Shown: positions 1 through 18,604, counted from the first letter of the stretch. The stretch is DNA of 64,000 nt from Octopus vulgaris (GCA_951406725.2 OX597827.1:32054001-32118000), one strand, 5' to 3'. The notes: a model not told the origin generated them from the letters alone. Made by a program: numbers and translations.

Positions 1-1300
1 CGATAAATTAAGTACCAGTTTCGTACTGAGGTTGATGTAATCGACTGTCCCCTTCCCCAAAAATTACAGGCATTGTACCCAGAGTGGAAAGAATTATTAT
101 TATAAACGTTCAAGGCACATGAGCTGGCAGAATGGTTAGCACGCTGGGCATAATATCTAGCGGTATTTCGTTCGCTTTTACGTTTAGAGTTCAAATTACG
201 CCGGGGTCGATAAAATAAGTGTCAGTTAAACATTGGGGCCGATGTAATCGACTTACCCCCTTACCTGAACTTTCTGGCCTTGTGCCAAACTTTGAAACTT
301 GTACTGTTATTATTGAGGTGGTGGCGGGGACAAATTTCCCTGACATTTTTTAGGGGTTTGGAATTGGTTTGGTATTGATCAGTTTGTGACCTATAAGGGT
401 ACCCGGCGTGTGCGTTGGCGCTAACAAACAGAAAGTATCTTGCGAAGAATTGTAATTATTTGTATATGTAGTGTAAATTGTAATTATTTGTATGGGATAA
501 TGTGTAACATTGCGTTTTCCTAGCATGGGTTCATCGACCTCGAGAACGAAAATAAACAGGTTGTGGGCCATGAAAGTAAAAATAACCCTTTCTGCTTTAG
601 CCACATGGACTAAAACTTTGGGGGAAGGGGCTGGTCAATTCCAATGACACCAGTGCTCAACTGGTATTTCTTTTATCGACTCCGAAAGATTTCAAGGCAA
701 ATTTCGGTAGAATTTGAACTCAGAATGAAAGAGTCGACAGAAATGTTGCTAATCAGTTTCCCAGCGCAGCAACGATTCCGCCAGCTGAACCAATAATTAT
801 TCTTTTCTACTCTAGGCACAAGGCCCGAGATTTTGGGGGTGAGGAGAGCCAGTCGATTAGATCGACCCCAGTACGCAACTGCACAATTTATCTACTCTGA
901 AAGAATGAAAGGCAAAGATGACCTCGGTGGAATTTGAACTCAGAACGTAACGACAGACGAAATACCTATTTCTTTACTACCCACAAGGGGCTAAACACAG
1001 AGAGAACAAACGGATTAAGTTGATTACATCGACCCCAGTGCGTAACTGGTACTTATTTAATCTGCCAGCTCGCTGCCTTATATTTTAAAATAGTCTTTTC
1101 TACTCTAGGCACAAGGCCCGAAATTTTTGAGGAGGTGGGGCAGTCGATTAGATCGCCTCCAGTACGCAGCTGGTACTTAATTTATCGACCCCGAAAGGAT
1201 AAAAGGCAAAGTCGACTCCAGCAGAATTCGAACTCAGAACATAAAGACAGACGAAATACTGCTAAGCATTTCGCCCGGCGTGCTAATGTTTCTGTCAGTT
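1..1300. mobile_element. Cluster of at least five family-A tRNA-derived SINE copies in both orientations
   Basis: The core GAGTTCAAATTCCGCCGAGGTCGACTTTGCCTTTCATCCTTTCGGGGTCGATAAATTAAGTACCAG, or its reverse complement, recurs in variable form at about 1-95(+), 115-300(+), 580-790(-), 800-1080(-) and 1095-1300(-). Pol III A-box-like and B-box-like motifs are in the head. Confidence 0.8.
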
Positions 1301-1414
1301 AACCTTACTGTATTGGATGGAAACTGTGCGAAGAGTGCATGTCGTGTGTGAGGGCTTGTAGTGTTGGAGTTCCGTTAATTGAGTTGAAAGTATATTTTGG
1401 TACGATTATAGGTT

Positions 1415-1960
1415 ATGTTGATCGGATCAACAGAACAACCTGCACGTGAAATTAACGTGCAAATGACTGAGCGCTCCAGAGACACGCGTGCCCTTAATGT
1501 AGTTCTCAGGAAGATTCGGCGTAATAGAGAACGCGACAGGGCTGGCTCTTTGAATTACTAATACAACTCATTTTTGCCAGCTGGGTGGACTGGTGCAACA
1601 TGAAGTGAAGTGTCTCGCTCAAGGACACAATGCGCCACCAGGATCGAACTCCTGACCCTAGCATCGGGAGCCGAATTCGCTAACCACTAAACCACGCGCT
1701 TTCACAGTTGTGCAAGTAACTGAGCGCTACACAGATACGCGCACATTTAACATAGTTCTCAGGGAGATTCAGTGTGATACAGAAGGTGAAAAGGCTGGCC
1801 CCCTTCGAATTACAGATACAACTCATTTTTGCCAGCTGTGTGTAGTGAAGCAACATGAAATAAAGCGTCTTGCTCAAGGACATAATGCCTCGTCGGGAAT
1901 CGAACTCACGACCTTACGATTGTGAATCGAATACCAGACACCACAAAGCCAAGCGCCTTC
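1415..1960 (-). mobile_element. Two adjacent family-C tRNA-derived SINEs
   Basis: The minus strand reads GCGCGTGGTTTAGTGGTTAG...GTTCGAT...TTGTGTCCTTGAGC: A and B boxes plus a CORE-like motif. The same family occurs at 11808, 19765 and 38295. Confidence 0.75.
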
Positions 1961-3126
1961 ATAACATCTATTACACAGCTGCAAACCATTAACCCTACCC
2001 AAAATAATAATAACATGACGCATACCTTAAACTAAATAAAACCCCGATGCTAAAATACACGATACTGATCACGCCGCAGATTCGAAACCCGAACCGCACT
2101 GATACTACTCCTATTGCACATGGTTAACGATATTTGTAGCGTAACAGCAGGAAACAAGTCCTCCACTCTCAAAAGCCCTCCATAACAATGAGAAAAAGGA
2201 AATGATATATGGATACACAGTTTTATGAAAAACAAAAAGCGAAGGAAAACAGAACATGCTGCACACACGCGTTAAGCAGTTCTGATATGCAGCGATTGAA
2301 GCTGGGGAAACTCGCAGAAAAGTATCGAAAAAAAAATATATATATATATACAAGTAAAAAAAAACAAATAATGGCTTTAAATTTTGGCACAAGGCCAGCA
2401 ATTTCGGGAAAAGTGGTAAATCGATTACGTCGACCCCAGTGTTTGACTGGTAGTTATTTTATTAACTCTGAAAGGTTTAAAGGCAAAGTCAACGTGAGCG
2501 GTATTTGAACTCAGAACGTAAAGACGGGCGAAATGCCGCTATGCATTACATCCGGCGTGCTAACGATTCTTTCAGTTCGCTGCTTCACAAGAACAATAAC
2601 ATTTACAACGATGATAATAGTTTAATAACAATTAATTGGAAATATTGTTAAAATAATAGTTTTTGGGTTTTTTTTTTAAATAAAAAGTAAGAAAAAGAAA
2701 ACATTTGCCATTCCTCGAAAGAAACCCTGTGTATCATTTTACATAAAATAACAGACGACCCATTTTCTTTCTTTCTCTCTCTTTTAAAAATTTTATTGTT
2801 TTATTTAATTTTTTTGGAGGGGATTTTTAAAGGATGAGAAGCAGACGAGAGGGGTTGGGGTTGCCAAAGTTAAAAAGTAATTAGACAAAATGCAAAGTAT
2901 ACATTAATATGTAAATTTAAATTGAAATTCAACACAAATGCAAGATGTAAATTAAGAAATGAATTTATATGAATTATTAAAACTGAACGCTCAAAACGAA
3001 AAACGAAGAAAAAAAATTGCATTCATCAATTAGTTTAATTAGTAAATAAAAGAAGCAGTTAATGAAATTCTAGTATGGATATATGAATATGTATATATAT
3101 ATATATATTTATTTTTTAGTACTTAC

Positions 3127-3380
3127 CAACGATATTTAGTATTGACAGTCGTTAGTACATATCCACACTCACAGACACTCCCTCACTCTCTATCTTCTCT
3201 GATGGTGTCTGTCCGTCTGTCTGTCTGTCCGTGAAGCGCTTTGCTGAAGAGGAGAGAAGTGAGAGGAGGAAGAATAGTTGAGACAGACACCGGAGAGGGG
3301 GGAGAGAGTTAGACGAAGTGGGAGATGTTAAGGAACGGAGGGGGGGAGCAGGAGGAGGTAAGAGAAAGGAAAGAGGCAAA
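3127..3380 (-). other. Possible non-coding (5' UTR-like) exon of a minus-strand host gene
   Basis: Unique sequence ends in a consensus donor TTG|GTAAGT (plus strand ACTTAC 3121-3126) and is followed by unique AT-rich sequence. There is no coding support. Confidence 0.2.
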
Positions 3381-3467
3381 TAATACCAACAGGTACAACT
3401 CCGTGTGTATGTGTGTGTGTGTATATATGCGTATGATTGAAGTTATATATATATGTGTGTGTGTGTT

Positions 3468-3502
<35 letters not shown>

Positions 3503-3665
3503 ATGTTCGTGTAAATATTGCGTGTGCGTTTAGACAGACAGACAGACAGTCAAATAGATAGATAGATAGATAAATAGTTGGAGGGAGCAGCAAGCAAGAC
3601 TAGTTCTGCTTATTAAAGTCTGTTTTAGGTGTTTCTGTATGGATATGTATTGTGTGCAAGTATAA

Positions 3666-3700
<35 letters not shown>

Positions 3701-3780
3701 TGTATGTATGTATGTATGTATGTATGTATGTATGTATGTATGTATGTATGTATGTATGTATGTATGTATGTATCTATTTA

Positions 3781-3837
<57 letters not shown>

Positions 3838-3895
3838 ATATGTATTATAGGTTAATATACTGTATTGTTATGTCGTGTAGAGTGCGTATATTGTG

Positions 3896-5830
<1,935 letters not shown>

Positions 5831-6250
5831 AAGTGATAGTGTTTTTGCTGTCTAATGTTTTTTTTCCCCGAGTCAACATAGATCGAGCAGATAGATCTAT
5901 GATCAAAGACGTTCCAGTCATGACCATAACGCATAAATGTATATCTAGGTGTATATTTCTGCAATGTGTCCTTCTTTTTCTAAAGACCGTTGAATATGAT
6001 TTGAGAGTTTTAGCTGCATTTTCTAGCATGCCGAGAGACCATGCTGAGGCGGTACCCCACGCACACCACCACACACACATCTCTTCTTGTCCTTGCAGTT
6101 GTTGTCTTGTGTCTATACATTACATCCAACCTTAATCTCGGCGTTGTGAGTTCGGATACACAACGGGGCCAGTGTGAACGCACAAACCTCCTTGGATATA
6201 TTCTCTTTCATGCGTTTCAACAATGCGGATGCGGTCATGCTAGAGCACTA

Positions 6251-6297
<47 letters not shown>

Positions 6298-6344
6298 CAA
6301 TAGAGTTCGGTGTGTGGTAAAGTAAATTTTTTTGCTGAACCCTA

Positions 6345-6394
<50 letters not shown>

Positions 6395-6484
6395 CATATA
6401 TATATAGTTGTTAAAGAGGACAGCACTTACCTGGCGTACCTATTCGTTAGATTACCTATGAAATAAACCACTTACTTTGTATGA

Positions 6485-6569
<85 letters not shown>

Positions 6570-6731
6570 AAAGTAAATAAATGGCACAACGAAGTACCGA
6601 TATTTACTTTTATGTATAATTTTACCCTCACGGGCTATCCTTTACTGGGAAGCAATACTCTCGTAATGCATTGCTATTTTCATATATATATATATATACA
6701 AACACACACACACATACTCACACACACATAT

Positions 6732-6844
<113 letters not shown>

Positions 6845-6848
6845 TATA

Positions 6849-7036
6849 GGCGCAGGAGTAGCTGTGTGGTAAGAAGTTCGCTTCCAAACCACGTGGTTTC
6901 GGGTTCAGTTCCACTGTGGATCACCTTGGGCAAGTATTTTCTACTATAGCCTCAGGCTGACCAAAAACTTGTGAGTGGATTTGGTAGACGGAAACTGAAA
7001 GAAGCCCGTTGGGTGTGTGTGTGCGTGTGTGTGTGT

Positions 7037-7076
<40 letters not shown>

Positions 7077-7510
7077 CAAAAGCTGTATTTTAAACGCATT
7101 GCATCTTTTATTTAAATTCCTGGTTCATTAATTTTGAGGTCGAATCGATAAGTATAGGTGAGTGATATCGAATTCCGTGGATTCTAGTTCGGCTCCATTG
7201 CGAAACACTTTGGGCAACTACAGTCCCGACCAATACCCTGTGAGTGAATATGGTATATGGAATATTTATGAATTAGTGTATAAACAAACGCGTTTTTTGC
7301 TTGCGTATGACATCCCCACCCACCCTTAATTACATGTGTAGGTTTGTTTAAATCCTTGTAACTTAACGGTTCGACAAAAACATAAACGATGGAAAAAGTA
7401 CCAAATTAAAAATTAAGTGCTGGGCGAGTTTTTGGACTAAACCTTTAGAAGTGGTGTTCCAGTAAGGCCGTAGTCCAATGACTGAAACAAGTGGCGGAAT
7501 AAAAAAAAAG
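6849..7510 (+). mobile_element. Family-B SINE (tRNA-like/CORE-like head, internal microsatellite, 3' tail), degenerate
   Basis: Head GGCGCAGGAGTAGCTGTGTGGTAAG...CACCTTGGGCAAGT...GAAAGAAGCCCGT, then (TG)n, then a diverged tail ending AATGACTGAAACAAG. Confidence 0.7.
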
Positions 7511-8038
7511 AATGTGTGCGTCTGTGTCTGTGTGTGTGTGTAAAGGGTGCTGTAAAAAGAACTCCCATATTTTACAGTTTGACAACCGTTTCAACAGCAC
7601 ATGCATTGTGTGCACCTGTCCAAATCATGATGTCTACTAAAATAGAAAGGGAAAATGTTACCTACGTGAAGATACCCTTACCACCTACCTAACTTCCCTA
7701 GCACCACACTGAAGGCGGTATAAATTACGGAAGGTTGCTGCCGGTCCCTATATAAAAAGTCTACTGGTTAACAACAAAGACTATATAAGTTCATGTTAAA
7801 TATGACTGATATATTAGGATTTCGCTAGGGGGTCGACTTAATCCGCTGTCCGGCATATGAATTGACTTCCCAGGATAAACTTTATTGCAAGCACTAGGTG
7901 AGAGGCCTTTGGTTCGAGAATGTACAACGCCTTGTAAAGGATCATATACACTGCCCTGCACCTTGATTGTGTGCGCGCGCGCGTGTGTGTGTTGCGCGTT
8001 GTGCTGACAGCACTGGAGACTTCAAGATACATATGTAA

Positions 8039-8251
8039 TAGGGGGTACTGAAAAGTTCCTGGCTTTGGGTAAAAGAAAATACAGGACTAAAATTATGATT
8101 TTAGTCAACATATTCCCCTCTCGGATTCCTACAATTCTTGCAGCGGTCCTTCAGTTTTGCTAAGCCCTGCAAAAGAACTCCGAAGGATGGGCCTCCAATT
8201 GGGTCTTTCGCGACACCCTTAAAGCCAGGAACTACTCAGCACCACCTCGTA
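8039..8251. mobile_element. Mariner-type MITE
   Basis: Imperfect TIRs GGGGGTACTGAAAAGTTCCTGGCTTT and AAAGCCAGGAACTACTCAGCACCACCTCG with TA at both ends. A related single end lies at about 60245-60275. Confidence 0.6.
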
Positions 8252-8989
8252 TGCATACATACATACATGCATACATACATACATACATACATACATACAT
8301 ACATACATACATACATACACATATATAAATAAATATATATATATATATATATACACACACATATATATAGACACACACACACACACACACCGCGTAGCTA
8401 TAGTGTTTATGAAATGCTTCCGAATAGTTTGCAACATGAACACCGTGGATGAAGCATTTACGTATGTATCGATTGTGTATCATTGATTAGATTATGATAT
8501 TATAAACCTCTCTAGGTATCTTTCGCGCTATCTACTTCTCACTGTCACCGTCTCTTTCTGTCTGTCTGTCTCTCTCTTTTCTTTCGTTTTTTCCTCTCTT
8601 ATTTCTCAAGAGAGACTAACAGAATAAGTACCGGGTTTTTTTTTTCTACTTTAGGCACAAGGACTGAAATTTCGTGGGAGGCGGCCAGTCGATTAGATCG
8701 AACCCAGTACGTAACTGTTACTTAATTCATCGACTCTGAAAGGGATGAAAGGCGAAGTCGACCTCGGCGGAATTTGAACTCAGAACCTAAAGGCAGACGA
8801 AATACCGCTAACCGTTTCGTGCTAACATTTCTGCCAGCCCGCCGCCATGAATAAGCATCAGGAGTTTTAAAAAGATAAGTCCTGCGGTCGATGCATTAGA
8901 CAAATAATTCTTGAAGGTGGCGCCCCAGCATGGCCGCAGTCTAATGACTGGAACAGGTAAAAGATAAATGATACACACACACACACATT

Positions 8990-9197
8990 CTTTTCTTTTA
9001 TTCCTTTATTTGTTTCAGTCATTTGACTGAAACAAATAAAGCATGGCTATGCTGGAGCACCACCTTTTAGTCGAACAAATCGACTCCAGGACTTACTGTT
9101 TGTAGGTCTGGCACTCATTCCATCGGCCTCTTTTGCCAAACCGCTACGTTACGGGGACGTAAACATACCATAATCGGTTGTCAAGTGATGGTGGGGG

Positions 9198-9232
<35 letters not shown>

Positions 9233-9400
9233 TTATATATATATACGACGGGCTTTTTTCAACTTCCGTCAACCAAATCCACTCACAAGGCTTTGGTCGG
9301 CCCGAGGCTATAGTAGAAGAAACTTGCCCAAGTTACAAGGGACAGAACCCGGAACCATGTGGTTGGTAAGCAAGCTACTTACCACACAGCCACGCCTGCA
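8990..9400 (-). mobile_element. Family-B SINE, full length
   Basis: Reverse complement of the head, (TA)/(TG) tract and tail seen at 49571-49960. Confidence 0.8.
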
Positions 9401-11800
<2,400 letters not shown>

Positions 11801-11807
11801 TATATGT

Positions 11808-12060
11808 GAAGGCGCGTGGCTCAGTCGCTAGGGCGTCGAGCTTACGATCGTGAGGTTCGAATTCCGAACCCAGCTGCGTGTTGTGTTCTTGAGCAAGACA
11901 CTTTATTTCACGTTGCTCCAGTTCCCTCATCTGTAGAAATGAGTTGCGACGTCACAGGTGCGAAGCTGTATCGGCCTTTACCTTTCCCTTGGATGACACT
12001 GGTGGCGTGAAGAGGGGAGGACGGTACCCATGGGCGACTGCTGGTCTTCCATAAACAACC
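11808..12060 (+). mobile_element. Family-C-related tRNA-derived SINE
   Basis: GAAGGCGCGTGGCTCAGTCGCTAGGGCG...GGTTCGAATTCC...GTGTTCTTGAGCAAGACACTTTATTTCAC. Confidence 0.75.
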
Positions 12061-12346
12061 TAGAACAATGTTATTTGGAAGCAAGCTGCTTACCACCTGT
12101 GCCGTCATGAGCACAGGCAGCAGTTGCCCAGAAGCCTCATGGATCTAGAGACTCAACTTTGTTTTATGTCTGTTGTAGCTTGCTATCAATAAATAAATAT
12201 TTATAGGGCCAATGCATTGATCTACCCAGGGTCAATAATACTCTTAAGACGGTCCTGCCTACCGGAACCCTTGGCAGTTGTCTAAAGTCGTGTGAGTAAA
12301 TTTGGAAACCCGTTACATATGCGTGAGTGTGAATGTGTGTGTGTGT

Positions 12347-12392
<46 letters not shown>

Positions 12393-13167
12393 ACGTGGTT
12401 GTGTGTTTGTTTGTCAGTTTCTAACCTCGTGACAAGTTGTCATGTATTGTTTGAGTCCCGGCAACGTAAGCGGTTCGACAGAGACAGAAACAAACCTAGC
12501 GCCTGCGAGATGTCTGACGAGAATAACAGAACACACACACATACTAACACTCACACACTCGCACACGCACGCACACAGATACACGCACGCACACACATAC
12601 ACACATTCATACATATATACATTCACACACACATTTTCATACACATACACGTACACACACGCGCACAAACATACCCTCACGTTTATTTATATGCACACGC
12701 GCTCATGTATATACGCACGCATATCGCATATATGCACATACATGCATACATGCTTATACATGAATTTATTCACGTATACATGCGTACACACACATACATA
12801 CACACACTTATATGCATGCACATATACACACATGTATATACACACACATGTATATATACACACATGCACACATACACACATCCATCCCATACATGCATAC
12901 ATACACGCATACATTCGCACACAAAGATATCTATACACACATAAGTGTATACATATATGCATATACACACATATATACACATACGTGCACATTCTTTTAT
13001 ATAGTTTCTGAATGTTGTGCTCTAGCTTGACTTGAACCAAGATCACTAAAATAAAATAATGAACATACATACGAACCGGTAAGTTACATGATGTACACAC
13101 AAGAACACCGGTTGTCAAGAGAGGGAGAAACACACACACACATACATACATACATACATACATACAT

Positions 13168-13218
<51 letters not shown>

Positions 13219-13301
13219 CATAAAGAGAAGGAGTATGCGTGTGTGTATGTGTTGTCTCTTGACAACACACTCACACACACAGACACACACACACGCGCAC
13301 A

Positions 13302-14110
13302 CAGGGTGCGGGGAATATATTGTTGTCTAAATTACGCAAAAATGAAAATAACACTGATATCTCATTTTAACAGATATATTTACCAAAATTACATAAATAT
13401 ATCTTGAAATACTAAAGAGTAAATTTTTTCTATAAAATCACCATTGGCTCCAGATGACTTCGGAATTTTCTGCAACTCTTCTGGACAGGCTACTTGTTTA
13501 AGTTGGTGAATGCTGCCATAATCCTTGCCTTCAGTTCATCTTTGGTGTTACAAGGAGTTTTATTGGTCTTTCGCTCAACTGCGCCCTAAACATAATAATT
13601 AAAGGGTTGCAGTCTGGAGAGTTAGTTGGCCAGATGTTAGGGGTGATATGGTTGCAGAAATTGTCTGACAGCCATGATTGGGTTCTCTTGCTTGTATGGC
13701 ATGGTGCAGATACATGTTGCCAGACATAGGGTCTTCCAGCAGCACCCCTCTTGACCAAGATCATCAATACCTCCTCCAAGTACTTGATGTAGGCCACTGT
13801 GTTGAGTGTGAGCCTGTGTGAAAAGATGAATGGAGGCATAACGTCCCCATCACTAGTGATCACTCCAAACATCATGATGTTGACTGGATGTTTGATTTTT
13901 ATCACTCTCAGTACATATCCTCATATTGACACCCAAACACTCTGAAATGTTCATATTGGAGGTTCCGGTGCGAATACCAAGCAATACATCATGTCGTTTC
14001 CAAATTTCTGGCAGAGAGAATTGCGTTATGGTGCTGTTTTTCTCACAGACGGTGCCCAACTGACCCTACTATACTGTGTAGTCGACAAAATCAAAAACAA
14101 ACAAGGCACA
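13302..14110 (-). mobile_element. Tc1/mariner maT (DD37D-type) transposon remnant with internal deletion
   Basis: ORF 13531-13905 reads KHPVNIMMFGVITSDG...YVWQHVSAPCHTSKRTQSWL...WPTNSPDCNPL. There are 37 residues between the second and third catalytic positions, both mutated. A CAGGGTG terminus lies at 13302. Confidence 0.8.
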
Positions 14111-14282
14111 TGCAAATCCATTCACAAATCTTAGGTCGGCTCGAGGCAAAAGTAGGAGGCACTTGCCCAACGTGTCACACCGCGGGGCTGAACCGGGAAT
14201 CATGTTTGAAAGCAAACTTCTCACCTCACAACCACGTCTGCGCCTACACACACACACATACATACACACACACGCGCGCACG

Positions 14283-14343
<61 letters not shown>

Positions 14344-15489
14344 GCACGCACGCACGCACGCACTCATGTCCTATTGCGTGGCTCCTTGGGCAAGTATCCT
14401 CTACTGTAGCCTTGGGCCGACGAAAGCTTTTTCAGTGGACTTGGTAGACGGAAACTGAAAGAAGCCCGTCGTATATATTTATATGTATCTAAGTTTCTGT
14501 GTCTTTTGGGCGTGTTTATATTTGTTGCCCACCACCCCTTGACAACCGGTATTGGTTTGTGTACGTCCCCGTAACATAGCATTCCGGCAAGAAGATCGAT
14601 ATCAGCAGCAGGCTAAAACAAACTTTGTGTTGATTTGATCGATTTAACAATTCAAGGCAGTACTCCAGCAAGGCCGCAGTCTACTGATTAAAACAAAGGG
14701 TAAGAAATAAAGGATACACACACAAACACACATACACACATATACACATATACTATATATACTTATAGACACTCCCGTAATTTTCATCAGTACACACACA
14801 TACTTATGCATACACACACACACGCACACACACACACACACACACACGCACACACGCTGACACACACCCAAGCACTTGTACACAAAAAGCCATTTCCACA
14901 GAAAACACTCCAACGTAGCCTTGAATTCTTCGTGTCATACAATATTCACTCCTCCTTCTCCTCCTCCTCCTCCTTTTCCCTCCCTCCTCTCCCCCTAATC
15001 CTCACTCCCACCACCGAATCATCGACCTCCTACTACCCGATATCGATCACTCCCTCACCCCTCTCATCCACTTCTCCCACTGGTTTCCCTCCCCCCACCT
15101 CCAATATTCATGACTGATAGTAGCGTTTCCTCTTTCGCCACTTCCAAACACTTCCTTTCTTTCATCACTGCCCCCCCTCTCTCTATCTCCTGCCCCTCGC
15201 TCTCTCTCTCCTGCCTCTCCCTCTCTCTCTCTCTCACTCTGCCTTCATCTCCAGTATTACACTACTATATATCACACACATTATTTACGAATACGTAAAC
15301 ACGCATACACACACACACATACGATCAACTACTGCACGCACCTACATAATACACATTGGAATATTTCTATTAACTGCTCAATTTTTTTACGTTTAATTTA
15401 CTATATCGAGAAACACACTGCACGCAGTACTTGTCTATCGTGTTGTTGCATCATCGTTTGCGTAACTGAGCACAATAAACGCATAGATG

Positions 15490-15524
<35 letters not shown>

Positions 15525-15557
15525 ATATATGTATATATATGTGTGTATGTATGTATG

Positions 15558-15693
15558 TTGCTTACCAATCACACGGTTCCGGGTTCAGTCCCACTGCGTG
15601 GCAACTTAGGCAAGGGTCTTCTACTATAGCCTCGGGCCGACCAAAGCCTTGTGAGTGGATTTGGTAGAGGGAAACCGAAAGAAGTCCGTCGTA

Positions 15694-15767
<74 letters not shown>

Positions 15768-15980
15768 TGTGTGAGTGTATATGTTTGTGTGTCTGTATTT
15801 GTCCCCCCAACATCGCTTGACAACCGATGCTGGTGTGTTTACGTCCCCGTAACTTAGCGGTTCGGCAAAAGAGACCGATAGAATAAGTACTAAGCTTACA
15901 AAGAATAAGTCCTGTGGTCGATTTTCTCGACTAAAGGCTGTGCTCCAGCATGGCCACAGCCAAATGACTGAAACAAGTAT
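15558..15980 (+). mobile_element. Family-B SINE
   Basis: Head, (TA)n(TGTA)n tract and tail closely match 49571-49960. Confidence 0.8.
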
Positions 15981-16006
15981 ATATCAAACAGGATATATAT
16001 CAAACA

Positions 16007-16069
<63 letters not shown>

Positions 16070-16255
16070 TCTCTTTACTCTTTGTGTGTGTGTATATATG
16101 TATATATGTATATATGTATATATATATACATACATACATACATACATGCACAGGCACAGGTGTGGCTGTGTGGTAAGTAGCTTGCTTCCCAACCACATGG
16201 TTCCAGGTTTAGTCCCACTGCGTGGCACCTTGGGTAAATGCCTTCTACTATAACC

Positions 16256-16680
16256 TCAGCATGGCAAATAGATATGTATATAGTTCAAAAATGAGAGATG
16301 AGAATCAGATATTCTCCATAAGGAAAACATTAAGTAGTGCTCAAGAGGTTTAAACTTGAGCGGGTGTTGAAGTAAATGTAGGGGTAAGCAAGTCAGACAG
16401 GGCAATATACAAAGTGTATCAGATACATGAAATACAAAAGATGTATATATGTTTACATACAAAAAATGTTCGACTTGCACAGAATAGAAATGATAAAGAG
16501 AATTAAAGGGGTTGAACAAAAGTATTACAAATTTCTTGGGGGGGGGGGGGATCCAGAATCATGTTTGTCGATTGATTCCATTGTCGGATGAGACGAGCCT
16601 CCGTCTTCAGGGAAGAGATCTTACGTTTGAGGTGTTGACAGAAAGAAGTTGAAAGATGGAAAGGTCATTCCATCTTTCAC
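16256..16680 (-). mobile_element. Degenerate PLE 3' end (GIY-YIG C-terminus and UTR)
   Basis: The minus-strand fragment LKTEARLIRQWNQSTN resembles the E..LI....P.LN end of PLE endonucleases. A hammerhead-like motif lies nearby. Confidence 0.35.
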
Positions 16681-16874
16681 ACACACACAAACACATATTC
16701 GATGTATATGTTTGATTGGTTGATGTCTCCAGTCATGCTTTACATCATAAAGTGGGATAAGAGATCAAGCAGGATATACAGAGAGTTAATATAAGAAGTG
16801 CAGGATGAGTTCACATACTGGGCTTGGTGACTGGCAATGATGAAATAAACTCTACATACACAGCGTTGGTGGCA

Positions 16875-16915
16875 TTGCTAAATATTTCAGCCTTTTTAGG
16901 CTTCGTCAGTAACAA
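16875..16915 (-). ncRNA. Minimal type I hammerhead ribozyme-like motif
   Basis: TTGTTA CTGACGA AGCCT AAAA AGGCT GAAA TA T T TAGCAA: canonical core, a 6-bp stem I with one G-U pair, a 5-bp stem II and a minimal palindromic stem III. Confidence 0.65.
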
Positions 16916-17509
16916 GTGTCAACTGGCAAACGCAGCTGCACGACTTTCGTCTGTTTCTGATATACTGTAATATTGTATATACTGTAAAAACGTAACAGTA
17001 ACACTGTTACTGTTTTTAACACTGCGTCCATTAGAGGTGCTATCTCAAGATGGATATCGCACTTTTTCAAAGTTCACCTTGGTGGAGTTTGAACCCAGAG
17101 TGTAAACAGCCGGAGGAAATGCTGCTAAGCATTTTATCCGACCCTCTAACAACCCTGCCAGCTGGCCACATTTAGTTGATTAAGAGTGAAAAAAGAAGTG
17201 AAACAAGACCAGTGCGTGTGTTTCCTATTGTCGTAATGACCCTCCTAAGATACAATAATTTATACACACACATATATATAATATATATATATATAATAAA
17301 TCCCCCAAAATGAAGAACAAACACAAAAAATACAACAACGCGAGAACGTGGTACATGTAAAGTATTAACAGATGCTCAGGGAAGGAAAGTAACGTGGTTT
17401 TACGTTTTGAGCAAAGCTCTTCTTCAGAAACAGGAGACAGATGAAAGTCCCATAGAAAAGGAAGACGGAGGAAAAAAATTGCCCATGATTCACATGTGGT
17501 TACATTTTG

Positions 17510-17569
<60 letters not shown>

Positions 17570-17877
17570 CAGTAATGCAATACAAAGTATTGCCTTCCAG
17601 TAAAAAGTAGCCCGTGAGGGAAAAATACACAAATTAGTAAATATTATTTATATATTTTTTCCTTGGTTTTAGTCACGCTGGAGTATTGAATTGAAAAGGT
17701 CTTAGAGTAGATCAATTGTCACCTCTACTTTTAAACCTAATACATATTCTACCATTCTCTTCTTTTTTTTACCAGACCGCTAGATTAGAGCGACAAAGGA
17801 TCCTAAAAATCATATTTTACAGAGTAGCATAAAACCTGCCGATACTGACTGGACAATTTAGTATAGAAGTAATTATA

Positions 17878-18249
17878 ATAAGAGCACTCAGAGAGCGCAA
17901 ACCTCCGCCAAGGCAACACCAAAGTCCTCTCAACGATTAGACGGAGAGGATTTTTAAAATGAGAATATTTGAAATAAACTCGACTGCTCTCTAAAACGAG
18001 AATACATAAAATGAACCCGACCGCTCCCAAAAATTAAGTAAAAAAAAACAAACAATAATCCAGAATCCTTGTCCGATATCGGATCGATCCCAAAATCTAA
18101 TCAGTTCGTGCCAGTCATGAGACCAAACATCCCTGAAAGTTTCATCCGAATCCATCCGGCGATTCTTGAAATATCTTGCCCATGGGCAAACAAACAAACA
18201 AACAGAACTGAAAACAATACCTCCGCTTTGGCTAAGGCGGAGGTAAAAA
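17878..18249 (-). mobile_element. Helentron-associated non-autonomous element (HINE/DINE-1-like)
   Basis: The 5' end TTTTTACCTCCGCCTTAGCCAAAGCGGAGGTA contains a subTIR and its local inverted copy. There is an internal (GTTT)n. The 3' subTIR GGCGGAGGT is followed by the hairpin GCGCTCTCTGAGTGC and then TT. Confidence 0.75.
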
Positions 18250-18604
18250 TGCCGAAACATATTGAAAAACAACACCAACGCATCTGGTCCAGATAACATC
18301 CCATTCATCATTCACAAGTCTATCTCTTGGAGTTCTGTAATGGGATCTATGAGAAAACAAACTAATGTTCCTGAAGTTTTTAATTATTCCTTCAGAGAAA
18401 AGAGAGCTTCACCTGTCTCAGAACTACGTCCCAACCTCTAGCTTCAAATATTTACAAGTAAATGCTCTTTCATTGAATTTCCTCTTTCACAGATTCCATC
18501 ATACGACGGAGCTAAACCGGCTGAAAAATCATAGAACTCAGATACATGAAAGCAAAGTTGCAGGTGTTTTCTTCTCATAGAAATTCTAAAGGTTTCTCTC
18601 CCAG

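Noticed and set aside
7747-7760. TATA-like CTATATAAAAAG, and an ETS-like CCGGAAGTG at 36601
   Set aside because: Isolated short motifs are expected by chance in 64 kb, and there is no transcript evidence.
16590-16615. CTGAAGA motif on the minus strand
   Set aside because: There is no downstream GAAA or stems. It lies in the endonuclease-coding remnant.
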